Shown one piece after another: positions 1 through 8,987 of a stretch of DNA of 32,000 nt (position 1 is its first letter; each line of letters opens with the position of its first letter). The notes beneath the pieces are model-generated. The model saw only the letters and a list, made by a program, of their open reading frames with translations. It did not search any database and was not told the origin of the DNA. The translations under genes were made by a program, and so were the position numbers. The stretch comes from Nostoc sp. PCC 7120 = FACHB-418 (lineage in GTDB: Bacteria > Cyanobacteriota > Cyanobacteriia > Cyanobacteriales > Nostocaceae), in assembly GCF_000009705.1 (NCBI RefSeq), contig NC_003272.1, positions 510,001-542,000 on the forward strand. The letters run 5' to 3'.

Positions 1-2093
1 AAATAATATTTCAATACTTTATTAAATAAAACACGCAAATGACTATAGCTTTCTCCTTTGGGTAGATAATGCTCGTCCAGGCGTTGCCACATGGCGCGGG
101 CGTTATCCATTTGCCATTGCGAATAAACCAGCACATCACTACTCATATCCCAGACATTTGCCAAAGGATTGATATCCCAAATATCCTCATCTGTAGCGTA
201 AGATAATTCTGGTTGCGGCGATGCTAAGGCAATTTGCTGTAAAAAACTCCTTTCTACTTCCGGGGTAACTACCTCATCTACTCTATGAGGGCTGTATCTA
301 TAACCGTACTCAATCGCCCATTCATCATAGGGGCCAATCACTCCGGGAAAATAATCCCCTTGTTCTACCCCCTGGGGTGCAATGTTCACAGGTAGATAGT
401 CCATCACCGAACCCACTAAACCTTTGGCGCGAGTGATTTCTCTATTATTTAATTCTTGGGGCGCTAACATAGTACTACCGTGAAAGTTGTGGCGCAAACC
501 CAGAGTATGACCGACTTCATGAGCCACAAGATAGCGCAAATATTGATGCACATATTCCTGCATCGCTTCATTACTAGGTTGAGTATTTTGCAAAAGTGAT
601 AACGCCAAAGCCCCCATAGCGGCTTGCTCAGAAGTATTTTGGCTATAGCAAAGTTCGGAGGAATGGAGGGGTGTGGGGGTGTAGGGGTGTGGGGGTGTGG
701 GGGAAGAATATTGGTTAATATCCTCCTGCTCCCTGCTCCCTGCCCCCCTGCCCCCTGCCCCCCTGCTTCCTACCTCTCTGCACATATCCCCCAAAGACAA
801 ACCATCATTCATCAACGCTCGGTACTCATGCTGAACTGACAGCACCATATTGGCATCGATGATGATATCTGCATCCAAAATTTCTCCCGTGAGGGGGTTG
901 ACACGGACTGGTCCTTTGGCAAAACCTGCATCTAGAGAATTGAACCAGCGAATAGTATTGTAGCGGACATCGGCTGGTTGCCAGTCGGCATCATCTGGCA
1001 TTTGTCGCACTTCAATAGCGTTGGCAAATCCGGCTTTAGCAAATGCTTTATTCCACATCAGTACACCTTCCCGAATCGCTTGGCGGTACTGCTGGGGTAC
1101 AGCATTTTCAATCCAAAACACTATCGGTTGTTTGGGTACAGATGAAGGTGCATTCGGGTCAGATGGTTCTAGATGCCACCGATTGATATAACGTACAAAG
1201 GATTCTTGCGTGTTGTGATTCGAGAAGTCCTGAAAAGCTGTAATGAAATATCCAACTCGGTCATCTGCTAGCCGGGGAATATAGCCATTGTTTTCTTGAA
1301 GTTGGGAAAAACTGTAGTGTACCTTGAGGGTAAGCGCTCGGCTATCGGGTAAGGTAACTAAATTTGCTCCTTCTGGTGAGAAAAAACCATAAACTGCATC
1401 AATTTCTAGATTTTCTGGCAAGCTGTTGACATTACCAAAATAGGATTTACTTGCTTCTAGGCGATAGTCTGCCTGCAAAGAGTATTTCAATAGAGGTGTT
1501 AAGCCGGGAAAGTCCTGCATCAGCAGGTCGTCTAAGTTTATGAGAATATTTTTACTACGTGAATCAATGCTATTAATGGGTAGTGAGTAAAGAACTGAAT
1601 CGCTAAATGAACGAGCAAGCGATCGCTCTTCTGGTTGACTTGCTTCTGTACGGAATTTAACATTACGCACGACAAAGTGCAAATTATTATTGACTCGCTG
1701 AAAATAGAACAGATAATCAGCCAGGGGTGAACCGCTATAAATACCGCTTTCCCCCACACCCGACTCTAATGTCACCGTAGCTAAGTAATTTTTATTTAAT
1801 TGTTCTGGCTTAATTTCTAAAAAAACATCACCAAAATTTTCCCGACTATAAAGAGTAAATAGCCCTTGTAGTTTCTTTGTTCCTTTAACCAACTCACGAA
1901 ATCGCCAAAAATCTTCCTGTGGTTTCTCCCCACGATTATTTTCGGCAACAGCTAAGTTTTCCATTACCGGGTATGTGTTGAATTGCTCTATATCAAGGCG
2001 TGTTAGTTGCTCGGCTCTTACATAATTAGTATTGAGTAAGAAACTATACAGAAAGGCTACAAATATTACTAATCTAATTAACCAGTATCTCAT
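1..2093 (-). CDS. Secreted zinc-dependent metalloprotease (HExxH), 3' end truncated by the window edge
   Basis: The minus-strand frame is uninterrupted from the ATG at 2093 to nt 1. It is missing from the ORF track because it has no stop codon inside the window. The N-terminus MRYWLIRLVIFVAFLYSFLL is hydrophobic and signal-like. The zinc motif VAHEVGHTLGLRHNF is encoded around nt 490-530. Overall it resembles the large DUF4953/DUF5117-type metalloproteases (family name from memory). Confidence 0.85.
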   Translation of the reverse strand, partial: MRYWLIRLVIFVAFLYSFLLNTNYVRAEQLTRLDIEQFNTYPVMENLAVAENNRGEKPQEDFWRFRELVKGTKKLQGLFTLYSRENFGDVFLEIKPEQLNKNYLATVTLESGVGESGIYSGSPLADYLFYFQRVNNNLHFVVRNVKFRTEASQPEERSLARSFSDSVLYSLPINSIDSRSKNILINLDDLLMQDFPGLTPLLKYSLQADYRLEASKSYFGNVNSLPENLEIDAVYGFFSPEGANLVTLPDSRALTLKVHYSFSQLQENNGYIPRLADDRVGYFITAFQDFSNHNTQESFVRYINRWHLEPSDPNAPSSVPKQPIVFWIENAVPQQYRQAIREGVLMWNKAFAKAGFANAIEVRQMPDDADWQPADVRYNTIRWFNSLDAGFAKGPVRVNPLTGEILDADIIIDANMVLSVQHEYRALMNDGLSLGDMCREVGSRGAGGRGAGSREQEDINQYSSPTPPHPYTPTPLHSSELCYSQNTSEQAAMGALALSLLQNTQPSNEAMQEYVHQYLRYLVAHEVGHTLGLRHNFHGSTMLAPQELNNREITRAKGLVGSVMDYLPVNIAPQGVEQGDYFPGVIGPYDEWAIEYGYRYSPHRVDEVVTPEVERSFLQQIALASPQPELSYATDEDIWDINPLANVWDMSSDVLVYSQWQMDNARAMWQRLDEHYLPKGESYSHLRVLFNKVLKYY
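665..766. repeat. G-rich / C-rich inverted heptamer-repeat element lying in frame inside the metalloprotease CDS
   Basis: The left arm (665-703) is GGGGTGT-type units, ggaggggtgtgggggtgtaggggtgtgggggtgtggggg. An AT-rich loop separates it from the C-rich arm (722-766), cctcctgctccctgctccctgcccccctgccccctgcccccctgc. On the coding strand it translates to GSRGAGGRGAGSREQEDINQYSSPTPPHPYTPTPLH. Confidence 0.6.
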
Positions 2094-2706
2094 CCTTTAT
2101 TTTTCTGCCTGAAGCGGTTTTCCTGTAGAAAAAATGTAGATTAATTCATCGTCTGTAATCTGTACAAACACTTAGGTGATGTTCAGAACTTACAGGTACA
2201 TAAATTTACTTGAGTCAAACAACACTGCTAACCCAAAAGCAGTGTGTGATTTGAATGCCGTGAGCGTTATTCTGCGATTTTTCATTTATAAAATAAAATT
2301 ATTGATTTAGCAATATTTATTTCTTAAGACAGATATTTTATAAGTCTCAAGATAGATGTAACGGAAGTATATCTGCATTGAATCTGAAAAAATGTAATAG
2401 ATGCTACGTTGAAAAGCTGTTGAATAAGAAACGTAGAGAGAGTCTGCAACCGAGGAGAGCGATCGCTATAATATTTTTCAGTAAAAAATTATCATCAATA
2501 TACTGGTATAAACCACCCTTCTGGTAGTGGCTCCATCAAATTACTTCAGCGTCAACCTAATAAATCTCACACTTTTTATACCCCATACGTATGAGGGCAA
2601 AAGCTACTCATTTAAAGGAACCTATTTATAGAACACTTTATTAGTTCTGTACCAAAGTTTTCTCAAAGACGTGGTTCTTAGCTAATGACTATATGAGGTG
2701 ATAAAG

Positions 2707-3138
2707 ATGAAACTAGAGATTTTAGCCACAACAGCACTACTAAGTACAATTGCTCTAACTGCTCCAGCACAAGCGGCAAATCCCCAACACATCCAACAAT
2801 TATTAACTACTAAGAGTTGTCCGGGATGTAACCTGACAGGAGCAAACTTACAGCAAGCTCACTTAATCGGTGCTGACTTAAGAAACGCCAATTTAGCAGG
2901 AGCCAACCTCAAACTTGCCAACCTAGAAGGCGCTGATTTAACTGGTGCAAACCTTAAAGGAGCTAATTTGAGCCAAGTTTTTGCTAGCGATGCTAGTTTA
3001 AGCGCTACTAATTTGACAAATGTTAAACTCATCAATGCCGAACTCTACAATGCTGATTTAGAAGGCGCTGTTCTGGCTAATGCTGATTTAAGAGGAGCTA
3101 TCTTATTCGGTGCGTTATACAGTGGTTATTCTAGATAA
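2707..3138 (+). CDS. Pentapeptide-repeat protein with N-terminal signal peptide
   Basis: The signal-like N-terminus is MKLEILATTALLSTIALTAPAQA. It is followed by tandem A(D/N)LxG pentapeptides (GANLQQAHLIGADLRNANLAGANLKLANLEGADLTGANLKGANL). GAGG lies 9 nt upstream of the ATG at 2707, while the ORF track starts at the GTG at 2698. Confidence 0.85.
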   Translation: MKLEILATTALLSTIALTAPAQAANPQHIQQLLTTKSCPGCNLTGANLQQAHLIGADLRNANLAGANLKLANLEGADLTGANLKGANLSQVFASDASLSATNLTNVKLINAELYNADLEGAVLANADLRGAILFGALYSGYSR

Positions 3139-3408
3139 AACTAGAAAATCATGACTTTAATCACAACTGCATTCGTGACTTTTAACCGCTCTAGTAGTTC
3201 ACCAAACACACTATGAGGGGTCATAGATATCCTACTTTTTGGAAAAGTCGGGGATATGAACACCCGCAATCTGTCAAAATTAACTGGGTAGAAAGATTGC
3301 CTAAAATTAACGCGAGTCTCTAACGGAGGCGCACGTTAATTTTATTAGCAGTTTACCAATTACCAATTACCACCCTCTAACAATAATTTATTGAATTAAA
3401 TATAATGA

Positions 3409-3741
3409 CTAATCATACCTATGTTTTTTGGATTTAATTACTTCAATAACATCATCATGACGTTGACCATCGATAATATCTTTTAAATGAATCTTGCCTT
3501 CAATATACTGAAGATGAAGTCGCCATCCTGATAATTTATCGATATCAGCACGATATATTGCCTGTTTGATACCTTTGACTTTACGGAGTCTAGTTTTGGG
3601 AAAAGTTCTAGTTCTATGACATTCATGATCTTCTAGTTCTGCCAAAGCTTCTAGAAAATCAATTTTTAGATGATCAGGTAAGATATCCATAGCCTCATGA
3701 ATAACACCATGCTCATCTAAAAGTGGCTTAATCCGTGACAT
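3409..3741 (-). CDS. Small protein with a RelE/ParE-like toxin signature (110 aa), second gene of an overlapping pair
   Basis: The ORF is clean and its ATG overlaps the stop of the upstream ORF (shared nt 3741, ATGA-type coupling). The C-terminal pattern LRKVKGIKQAIYRADIDKLSGWRLHLQYIEGKIHLKDIIDGQRHDDV resembles the RelE/ParE beta-sheet core (Lkg..lYrlRvgdyRliY...i.ll.i.hR). The region is very AT-rich. Confidence 0.5.
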   Translation of the reverse strand: MSRIKPLLDEHGVIHEAMDILPDHLKIDFLEALAELEDHECHRTRTFPKTRLRKVKGIKQAIYRADIDKLSGWRLHLQYIEGKIHLKDIIDGQRHDDVIEVIKSKKHRYD

Positions 3742-4127
3742 CAGTTAGAGCGAACCTCAAGTTCTTGATTTTTAATACTGAAATCGTGATAGAGAGATTC
3801 AGCTATTGAATTGTAAGCTTTTGAAGCATCTTCCGTATGGACTACTCTAAATAACGTTATCACCGTCACGTCAAAAATTGGATCGTCGTCAATAGTAATT
3901 ATTAATCTGACATCTTTATCGATAATCAAAGCGTAAAGAGAAGATTCATAATCTGCATCAAGCTTGATATCTTTCAATCTAAAAGCTTGATTTTCTAATA
4001 ACTTTTTATTTTTTGATAACAACTCAACGTAGCGATTGAGCTTTTTAATTATTTTAAATTTTTCTTTATTATTAAACTTGTTTAAATCGTGTTCAAATTC
4101 TTTTGTGGACTCAATAAGTATTTCCAT
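3741..4127 (-). CDS. Small protein with a RelE/ParE-like signature (128 aa), first gene of the overlapping pair
   Basis: The ORF is clean. TKEFEHDLNKF followed by SLYALIIDKDVRLIITIDDDPIFDVTVITLFRVVHTED resembles the ParE/RelE-family pattern (F.kdl.kl ... lyelRi.kd.Rii...d....i.l..v..Hd). No HTH or RHH DNA-binding motif is visible. Confidence 0.45.
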   Translation of the reverse strand: MEILIESTKEFEHDLNKFNNKEKFKIIKKLNRYVELLSKNKKLLENQAFRLKDIKLDADYESSLYALIIDKDVRLIITIDDDPIFDVTVITLFRVVHTEDASKAYNSIAESLYHDFSIKNQELEVRSN

Positions 4128-4357
4128 TTAACTGATTCCAGACCTGAAACACTAAACTAACTTCAAATTTAACCTATAACTATAAAAAATTGAGTATTCC
4201 TAAGATATTTATCTAAAAAATCAATGATATAGATAGAGCTATAACTATATGTGATTCACTACGTTAATTATACCTGCATAAAAACAGCGATCGCTCTCAG
4301 AAATTAGCATACATAAAGTTGTAGTTAAAATAAGTTGTCTTTAACACCACATCTCCT

Positions 4358-5770
4358 ATGCCAAATACGCTATTTTCCCCTTTATTTATACTTGCATTAG
4401 GACTTACTCTTACTCAAACTATCGGCTGCACAAATAATCCAGATGATTCCGCCGTTGCCCAAACTTCACCTAAAGCAGAACCTCAAATTGTTGTAGAACC
4501 AGGAGAAATCAGGGCTTTACCAGGAAAGTTAGATAACATCCCTGTATTTAACAGTAATAGCCCAGAGTGGGTAAAAACTGAGGGAATTTTGCTGTCTACT
4601 TTCCCCACAAATGGTAAAAAAACACCAGCAGCACACCTCAATTTTCCTTTTCAGGGACGGTTTGATTTATTCGCTCACCATTACACCCATACTCCCAAGG
4701 ATTTACAAACGCTTTACTTGGGGGTCATTGTCAATAATCCTGGGAAAAAACCTGTGACGGTCGATGTCTTGCAAGCAGCCAGTTATCTCATGCAGGATGC
4801 ACCTTTTGTCACCTTACCCCCCTACATAGAAAATAACGATGGTAAAGCCTACTCAGGGCCAGGGGCTAGGGCTGTTGCTGATGTGCTGCGGGGTGTGCGA
4901 CAGGCTGATTTTCCTGCTAAGTTGGTGATTCCCCCTGGACAAAGCCGGATGTTGCTAAATCATCCTATTCCTGTGCGGAATTTGGCAAGACCTGTCAATG
5001 GTCGATCAAGTTTTTTGCGTTTACGGAGTAGTGATAAAATTTATACAGCCAGTTTGGCTATGTTTGCCAAGAAGAATACTGATGGTTCTGACCGTGCGCC
5101 TACTATGGCTGAATGGCAAGCTTTACTCAACAATGGTAACTTTGCAGGGCCACGGGATAAAACGCCTACCCCACCCAATGCTACCAGTGGGGCGTTGATT
5201 TATGGGCGCGTAGCTGGTGTTTCTCAAGGTTCCCAATGGCAAGCCATTCTCACTGATAATCCCCAGGCAACTACTCTCACCATACCTCAAGTCGGCAAGG
5301 CTATTTCTTATCCTATAGTGACTCTGCGTGGTGGTCGATTAGGTACAGGACAAAGCCAAACCGCTAAGATGCTGGCGCGTTATCCTGATACAGCTTATGA
5401 AGCGCATGGTAATTACGGTGTGGAATATAATCTCAACTTGCCCTTGAAGAATAACACTAACCAAACCCAAAAGGTGACTGTTACTTTAGCAACACCGTTA
5501 AAGGAAGATAAGTTATCTCAAGGTGGTGTACGCTTTCGTAAACCTTCCCTAGACTTTCCCTTTTTCCGAGGTACAGTCAGGCTACGTTACTTTGATGACC
5601 AGGGAAAACAAAAGACGCGTTACGTACATTTATGGCACAGAACCGGACAGGTTTTAGAACCATTAGTACAGTTTGTTATGCCACCATCAACTAGACGCAA
5701 TGTGCAGGTAGATGTAATTTATCCACCAGATTCCACACCACCCCAGATTTTGACTGTGAGAACTTTGTAG
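4358..5770 (+). CDS. Secreted or lipoprotein of unknown function (cyanobacteria-type conserved hypothetical, possibly DUF3370-like)
   Basis: The ORF encodes 470 aa. The N-terminus MPNTLFSPLFILALGLTLTQTIGC looks like a signal peptide with a lipobox-like Cys. I see no catalytic motif. The DUF name is from memory and unverified. Confidence 0.7.
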   Translation: MPNTLFSPLFILALGLTLTQTIGCTNNPDDSAVAQTSPKAEPQIVVEPGEIRALPGKLDNIPVFNSNSPEWVKTEGILLSTFPTNGKKTPAAHLNFPFQGRFDLFAHHYTHTPKDLQTLYLGVIVNNPGKKPVTVDVLQAASYLMQDAPFVTLPPYIENNDGKAYSGPGARAVADVLRGVRQADFPAKLVIPPGQSRMLLNHPIPVRNLARPVNGRSSFLRLRSSDKIYTASLAMFAKKNTDGSDRAPTMAEWQALLNNGNFAGPRDKTPTPPNATSGALIYGRVAGVSQGSQWQAILTDNPQATTLTIPQVGKAISYPIVTLRGGRLGTGQSQTAKMLARYPDTAYEAHGNYGVEYNLNLPLKNNTNQTQKVTVTLATPLKEDKLSQGGVRFRKPSLDFPFFRGTVRLRYFDDQGKQKTRYVHLWHRTGQVLEPLVQFVMPPSTRRNVQVDVIYPPDSTPPQILTVRTL

Positions 5771-6015
5771 GATGAGAAATTTAAAAGCAATTTAAGCTAG
5801 AGACAAAGCACAATTTGCTATTTTTATTGATTGATACTGCCTAATATTGAGTAAAGAATACTTCTCATCATTGCAAATGATGTCTGGAGACAAGAAGCAC
5901 AACTTCTACCCATTTAGTTAGCTGAATCAATTCGCCCCTGCAACCAAGCCTGTAAATCAGCCACATCGAATCTCGGCGCATGAAAGATGGGGTTGGAAAT
6001 ATATCTCAAAATTAT

Positions 6016-6034
6016 GCGTAGGCTAGGCCTACGC
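6016..6034 (-). terminator. Intrinsic-terminator-like hairpin downstream of the 6041..6346 gene
   Basis: The stem is gcgtaggc-tag-gcctacgc (8 bp). On the minus strand it is followed by ataatttt, and it lies 7 nt past the stop codon. Confidence 0.5.
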
Positions 6035-6040
6035 GCAAAC

Positions 6041-6346
6041 TTACTTACCGCCGTAGAAAAAGGCAATGTCTTTTTCTTTCAGGGGTGCAAAGCCTGCTTC
6101 TATGAGCAATTGATCAAGTTCTGCTTGAGGAATATGTTTTGCGCCAATACGGATAATGCGCGATCGCATAGTATTAGATACACCACTACGCTGTCTATTG
6201 GCTTCCAATGCCATAACTTTGTGATATAGGTCTAGTTTTACAGGGGGAATAGGTGTACCATCAAAATCGATACCTTTAGCGATCGCTTCATCAATAGCAT
6301 CAGCACCTTTCGTATCAGAATTGGCTACGTTAGTTTCAGCAGTCAT
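6041..6346 (-). CDS. Small conserved hypothetical protein (101 aa)
   Basis: The ORF is clean with protein-like composition (MTAETNVANSDTKGADAIDEAIAKGIDFDG...AELDQLLIEAGFAPLKEKDIAFFYGGK) and is followed by a terminator hairpin. I could not assign a family. Confidence 0.7.
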   Translation of the reverse strand: MTAETNVANSDTKGADAIDEAIAKGIDFDGTPIPPVKLDLYHKVMALEANRQRSGVSNTMRSRIIRIGAKHIPQAELDQLLIEAGFAPLKEKDIAFFYGGK

Positions 6347-6446
6347 GATAATTTATTCTAATTTTATAGGTATATTTTACCAGTCAATTAGATCCCCAGA
6401 TTTTTAGCTGAAACAGCAATATTACGCCGTGTGCAACTTTCTCTCA

Positions 6447-6535
6447 AACCTAACCCCCAACCCCTTCCCTGCGAGGGAAGGGGAGCAAGATTCAAAGCCT
6501 CTCTCCGCTTCGGGGAGAGGTTTGGAGAGGGGTTT
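6447..6535 (+). mobile_element. Miniature double-hairpin repeat element (MITE/SDR-like), intergenic copy
   Basis: It contains two perfect hairpins, ccccttccc-tgcga-gggaagggg and cctctctcc-gcttc-ggggagagg. The sequence aligns with the reverse complement of 31146-31241. The 65-aa track ORF 6422..6619 is just a translation of this element. Confidence 0.65.
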
Positions 6536-6615
6536 CAAAAATAAGTTGCACATCGCGTAATATTTAAAACCCCCACACCCAAACTCAACAGACAACCTGA
6601 GTGCATAAGCCCTAA

Positions 6616-8649
6616 TCAATTACCAATACGCCAAATTCTCATAGTGTTATCTCCACTACCACTAACTAGGTTTGCGCCGTCGGGAGTAAAAGCCACAGTT
6701 GTCACAGTATTTTCATGTCCTTCTAGGGTGCGAATTTCCTTACCAGTTTCTAAATTCCACAACTTGATAGTCTGGTCGCGGCTGGCACTGGCGAGGGTGT
6801 TACCATCGGGGCTAAAGGCAATTGATGTAATTGTTTCTGTACTACCTTTTAATGTACGGACTCTAGTACCTGCGCCTACCTTCCAAATTTTAATGGTGCG
6901 ATCGCGGCTGGCACTGGCCAGAGTGTTACCATCTGGATTAAAGGCAATTGATGTGACTGTTTCGCCATTTCCCGCCAGTGTGTGAGTTAAAGTTCCAGTT
7001 TCTAAGTTCCAAATTTTCACAGTTTTATCAAAACTGCCACTAGCAATATTCACACCATCGGGACTAATAGCAACGGAACGTACCCAAAATGTATGTCCGG
7101 TGAGGGTATTAATCAATCTTCCTGTGTTTAAATTCCAGACCTTAACGGTGTTATCATCACTACCACTAACTAAGGTTTTGCCGTTGGGACTGATGGCGAG
7201 GGTATGAACTGCATCGCTATGTCCTGTTATGGTGCGAATTACTTTCCCGGTTTTCAGATTCCAGATTTTGATAGTGTTATCGTCACCACCACTAACTAAG
7301 GTTTTCCCATCTGGGCTAAAAACTACAGCATTTACTTTTCTTGAGTGTCCCTTCAAGCTGGAAATATCTTCACCTGTAGCCAACTGCCAAATTTTAATGG
7401 TGCGATCGCTACCACAGCTAGCTATGATCTGACCATTAGGACTAATAGCCAGGGAAACAAACGCGTTTTCATCGTCAGGAAGAGTATTAGCCAGAGAAAT
7501 AGTTCTCAAGGTTGTTTTTTGGGGCTGTGCTAAAACCACTTGACCAGACTTATTTTGAGTTAATCTGGCGGATAAACTGCTGTAAATCTGTAGATACTGG
7601 CTAAACCAAGATTCGCTAAAACCAAATAGCAAGACTAAAGCACTAAGCAAGACTACACTTCTTAGCAGGGAATATTTCTTAGGTAGCTTAGATAAATATG
7701 TTGTCTGAGGTACAGGGATTTTTCCAGAAGTCTGGCCGGCGGCTGGTAAGGCGAGGGGCTGTTTGGGAGTGATATCTTTAATGACTTCATCAGCCGATGT
7801 GTAGCGGTGTTTGAGGTCTTTTTGCAACAGCTTGTCCAGCACAAAATCTAATTCAGGCGTTAAGGGACTGTGTAAATATTGCCGCCAATTGGACACCCAG
7901 CTATAACCGTGTTCCATCCACAATTGGAATGGCGAAACGCTAGTTATAAGGTGAAAGCAGGTAGCCCCCAAGGCAAACAAATCACTAGCAGCATAAGCCT
8001 TACCATCCCGAATTTGTTCTAGTGGTGAGTAACCATGTGAACCAATTGATGTGCCGAAATTCTGTACCTTGGCGGTTAATTGTTTAGATGAACCAAAGTC
8101 AATGAGATTTAAACGCCCATCGGTGCGACACCGGATAATATTTTCGGGTTTGATATCTCGATGAATCACACCGCGATCGTGGATAAACTTAAGAACAGGC
8201 AGTAAATCTAGCAAAATTGCTTGAATTTCTCCTGGTCGATAATTCTTACGCTGCTGCAACTCCTTGAGGAGATTTTGCCCATTAATAAACTGCTGCACCA
8301 AATATAGGCAGTTATCTTGCTCAAAATAAGCCATCAATGTGGGAATTTGGGGGTGTTCACCAAGTTCTTGTAAGCGCTTGGCTTCCTCAGCAAATAACTC
8401 CACAGCTTTTTTTTGCGACCAAGTACCTTGAAATTTCGGTGCTAGTTGCTTAATAACACAAGGTTCATTTAATTTATCTTTATCTTCTGATAAATAAGTT
8501 CTGCCAAATCCCCCCTCATCAGAAAGTACTCGAACAACACGAAAACGATTTCTCAAAAGCGGTACTAAGGTAGTACCACAACTTTGACACGACTTTTTTC
8601 CATCAGGATTTAATGGATTTAGGCAATCTGGATTTAAGCAGCAGATCAT
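6616..8649 (-). CDS. Ser/Thr protein kinase with N-terminal 4-Cys zinc-ribbon prefix, one TM segment and 7 C-terminal WD40 repeats
   Basis: The N-terminal Cys motif is CLNPDCLNPLNPDGKKSCQSCG. Kinase motifs present are GGFGRTY, VIKQL, HRDIKPEN and DFGSSK. The hydrophobic segment is LLRSVVLLSALVLLFGF. It is followed by repeated GHS..V..VAFSPDG..L.SGS.D.TIKIWNL units. Confidence 0.95.
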   Translation of the reverse strand: MICCLNPDCLNPLNPDGKKSCQSCGTTLVPLLRNRFRVVRVLSDEGGFGRTYLSEDKDKLNEPCVIKQLAPKFQGTWSQKKAVELFAEEAKRLQELGEHPQIPTLMAYFEQDNCLYLVQQFINGQNLLKELQQRKNYRPGEIQAILLDLLPVLKFIHDRGVIHRDIKPENIIRCRTDGRLNLIDFGSSKQLTAKVQNFGTSIGSHGYSPLEQIRDGKAYAASDLFALGATCFHLITSVSPFQLWMEHGYSWVSNWRQYLHSPLTPELDFVLDKLLQKDLKHRYTSADEVIKDITPKQPLALPAAGQTSGKIPVPQTTYLSKLPKKYSLLRSVVLLSALVLLFGFSESWFSQYLQIYSSLSARLTQNKSGQVVLAQPQKTTLRTISLANTLPDDENAFVSLAISPNGQIIASCGSDRTIKIWQLATGEDISSLKGHSRKVNAVVFSPDGKTLVSGGDDNTIKIWNLKTGKVIRTITGHSDAVHTLAISPNGKTLVSGSDDNTVKVWNLNTGRLINTLTGHTFWVRSVAISPDGVNIASGSFDKTVKIWNLETGTLTHTLAGNGETVTSIAFNPDGNTLASASRDRTIKIWKVGAGTRVRTLKGSTETITSIAFSPDGNTLASASRDQTIKLWNLETGKEIRTLEGHENTVTTVAFTPDGANLVSGSGDNTMRIWRIGN

Positions 8650-8987
8650 GTTCTGACAGGCGCGGCTGCATGAAAATGTATATGAACTTTGTCCCGAAAT
8701 TCCCTTGGTGAAGAGTAGCTCTCACATACGTTTGGTAGACGACGCTGGCTGAGGAATTTGGGGCGCTTTTATATCGTAAATCCTGGTAAATGCTAAACAG
8801 TCTTGCTTTGTACAGCAAAACTGGGAGAGCTAGATAATTTATTATTCTCCAGATTATAGAATATTCCGAATTGAATTGGGGATTGGGAAGAGGCAGGGGA
8901 GCAGGAAGAGAAGTCGCAAGGAGGGTTTCCCTCCGGGCGAACTTCGGGAGCAGGGGGGAAAGATATACTAACCCATGACTTGAGAAT

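Noticed and set aside
624-839. 71-aa plus-strand ORF (MLRSILAIAKFGGMEGCGGVGVWGCGG...)
   Set aside because: It lies antisense to the metalloprotease CDS and consists mostly of a translation of the G-rich/C-rich repeat. It has no independent support.
1376-1390. Possible frameshift (pseudogene) in the metalloprotease at an A-run
   Set aside because: A recount showed six A residues (ggt ttt ttc tca cca on the coding strand). The frame is continuous from 2093 to the window edge. The gene is missing from the ORF track only because it has no stop in the window.
2094-2697. 600-bp divergent intergenic region checked for tRNA, riboswitch or NtcA (GTA-N8-TAC) sites
   Set aside because: I found only a 7-bp hairpin (cactgct/agcagtg at about 2223-2245) and GTA..TAC pairs with the wrong spacing. 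Nothing here can be supported.
6422-6619. 65-aa minus-strand ORF (…PLSKPLPEAERGFESCSPSLAGKGLGVRF…)
   Set aside because: It is a read-through translation of the double-hairpin miniature element. The same peptide-like string appears wherever the element occurs.
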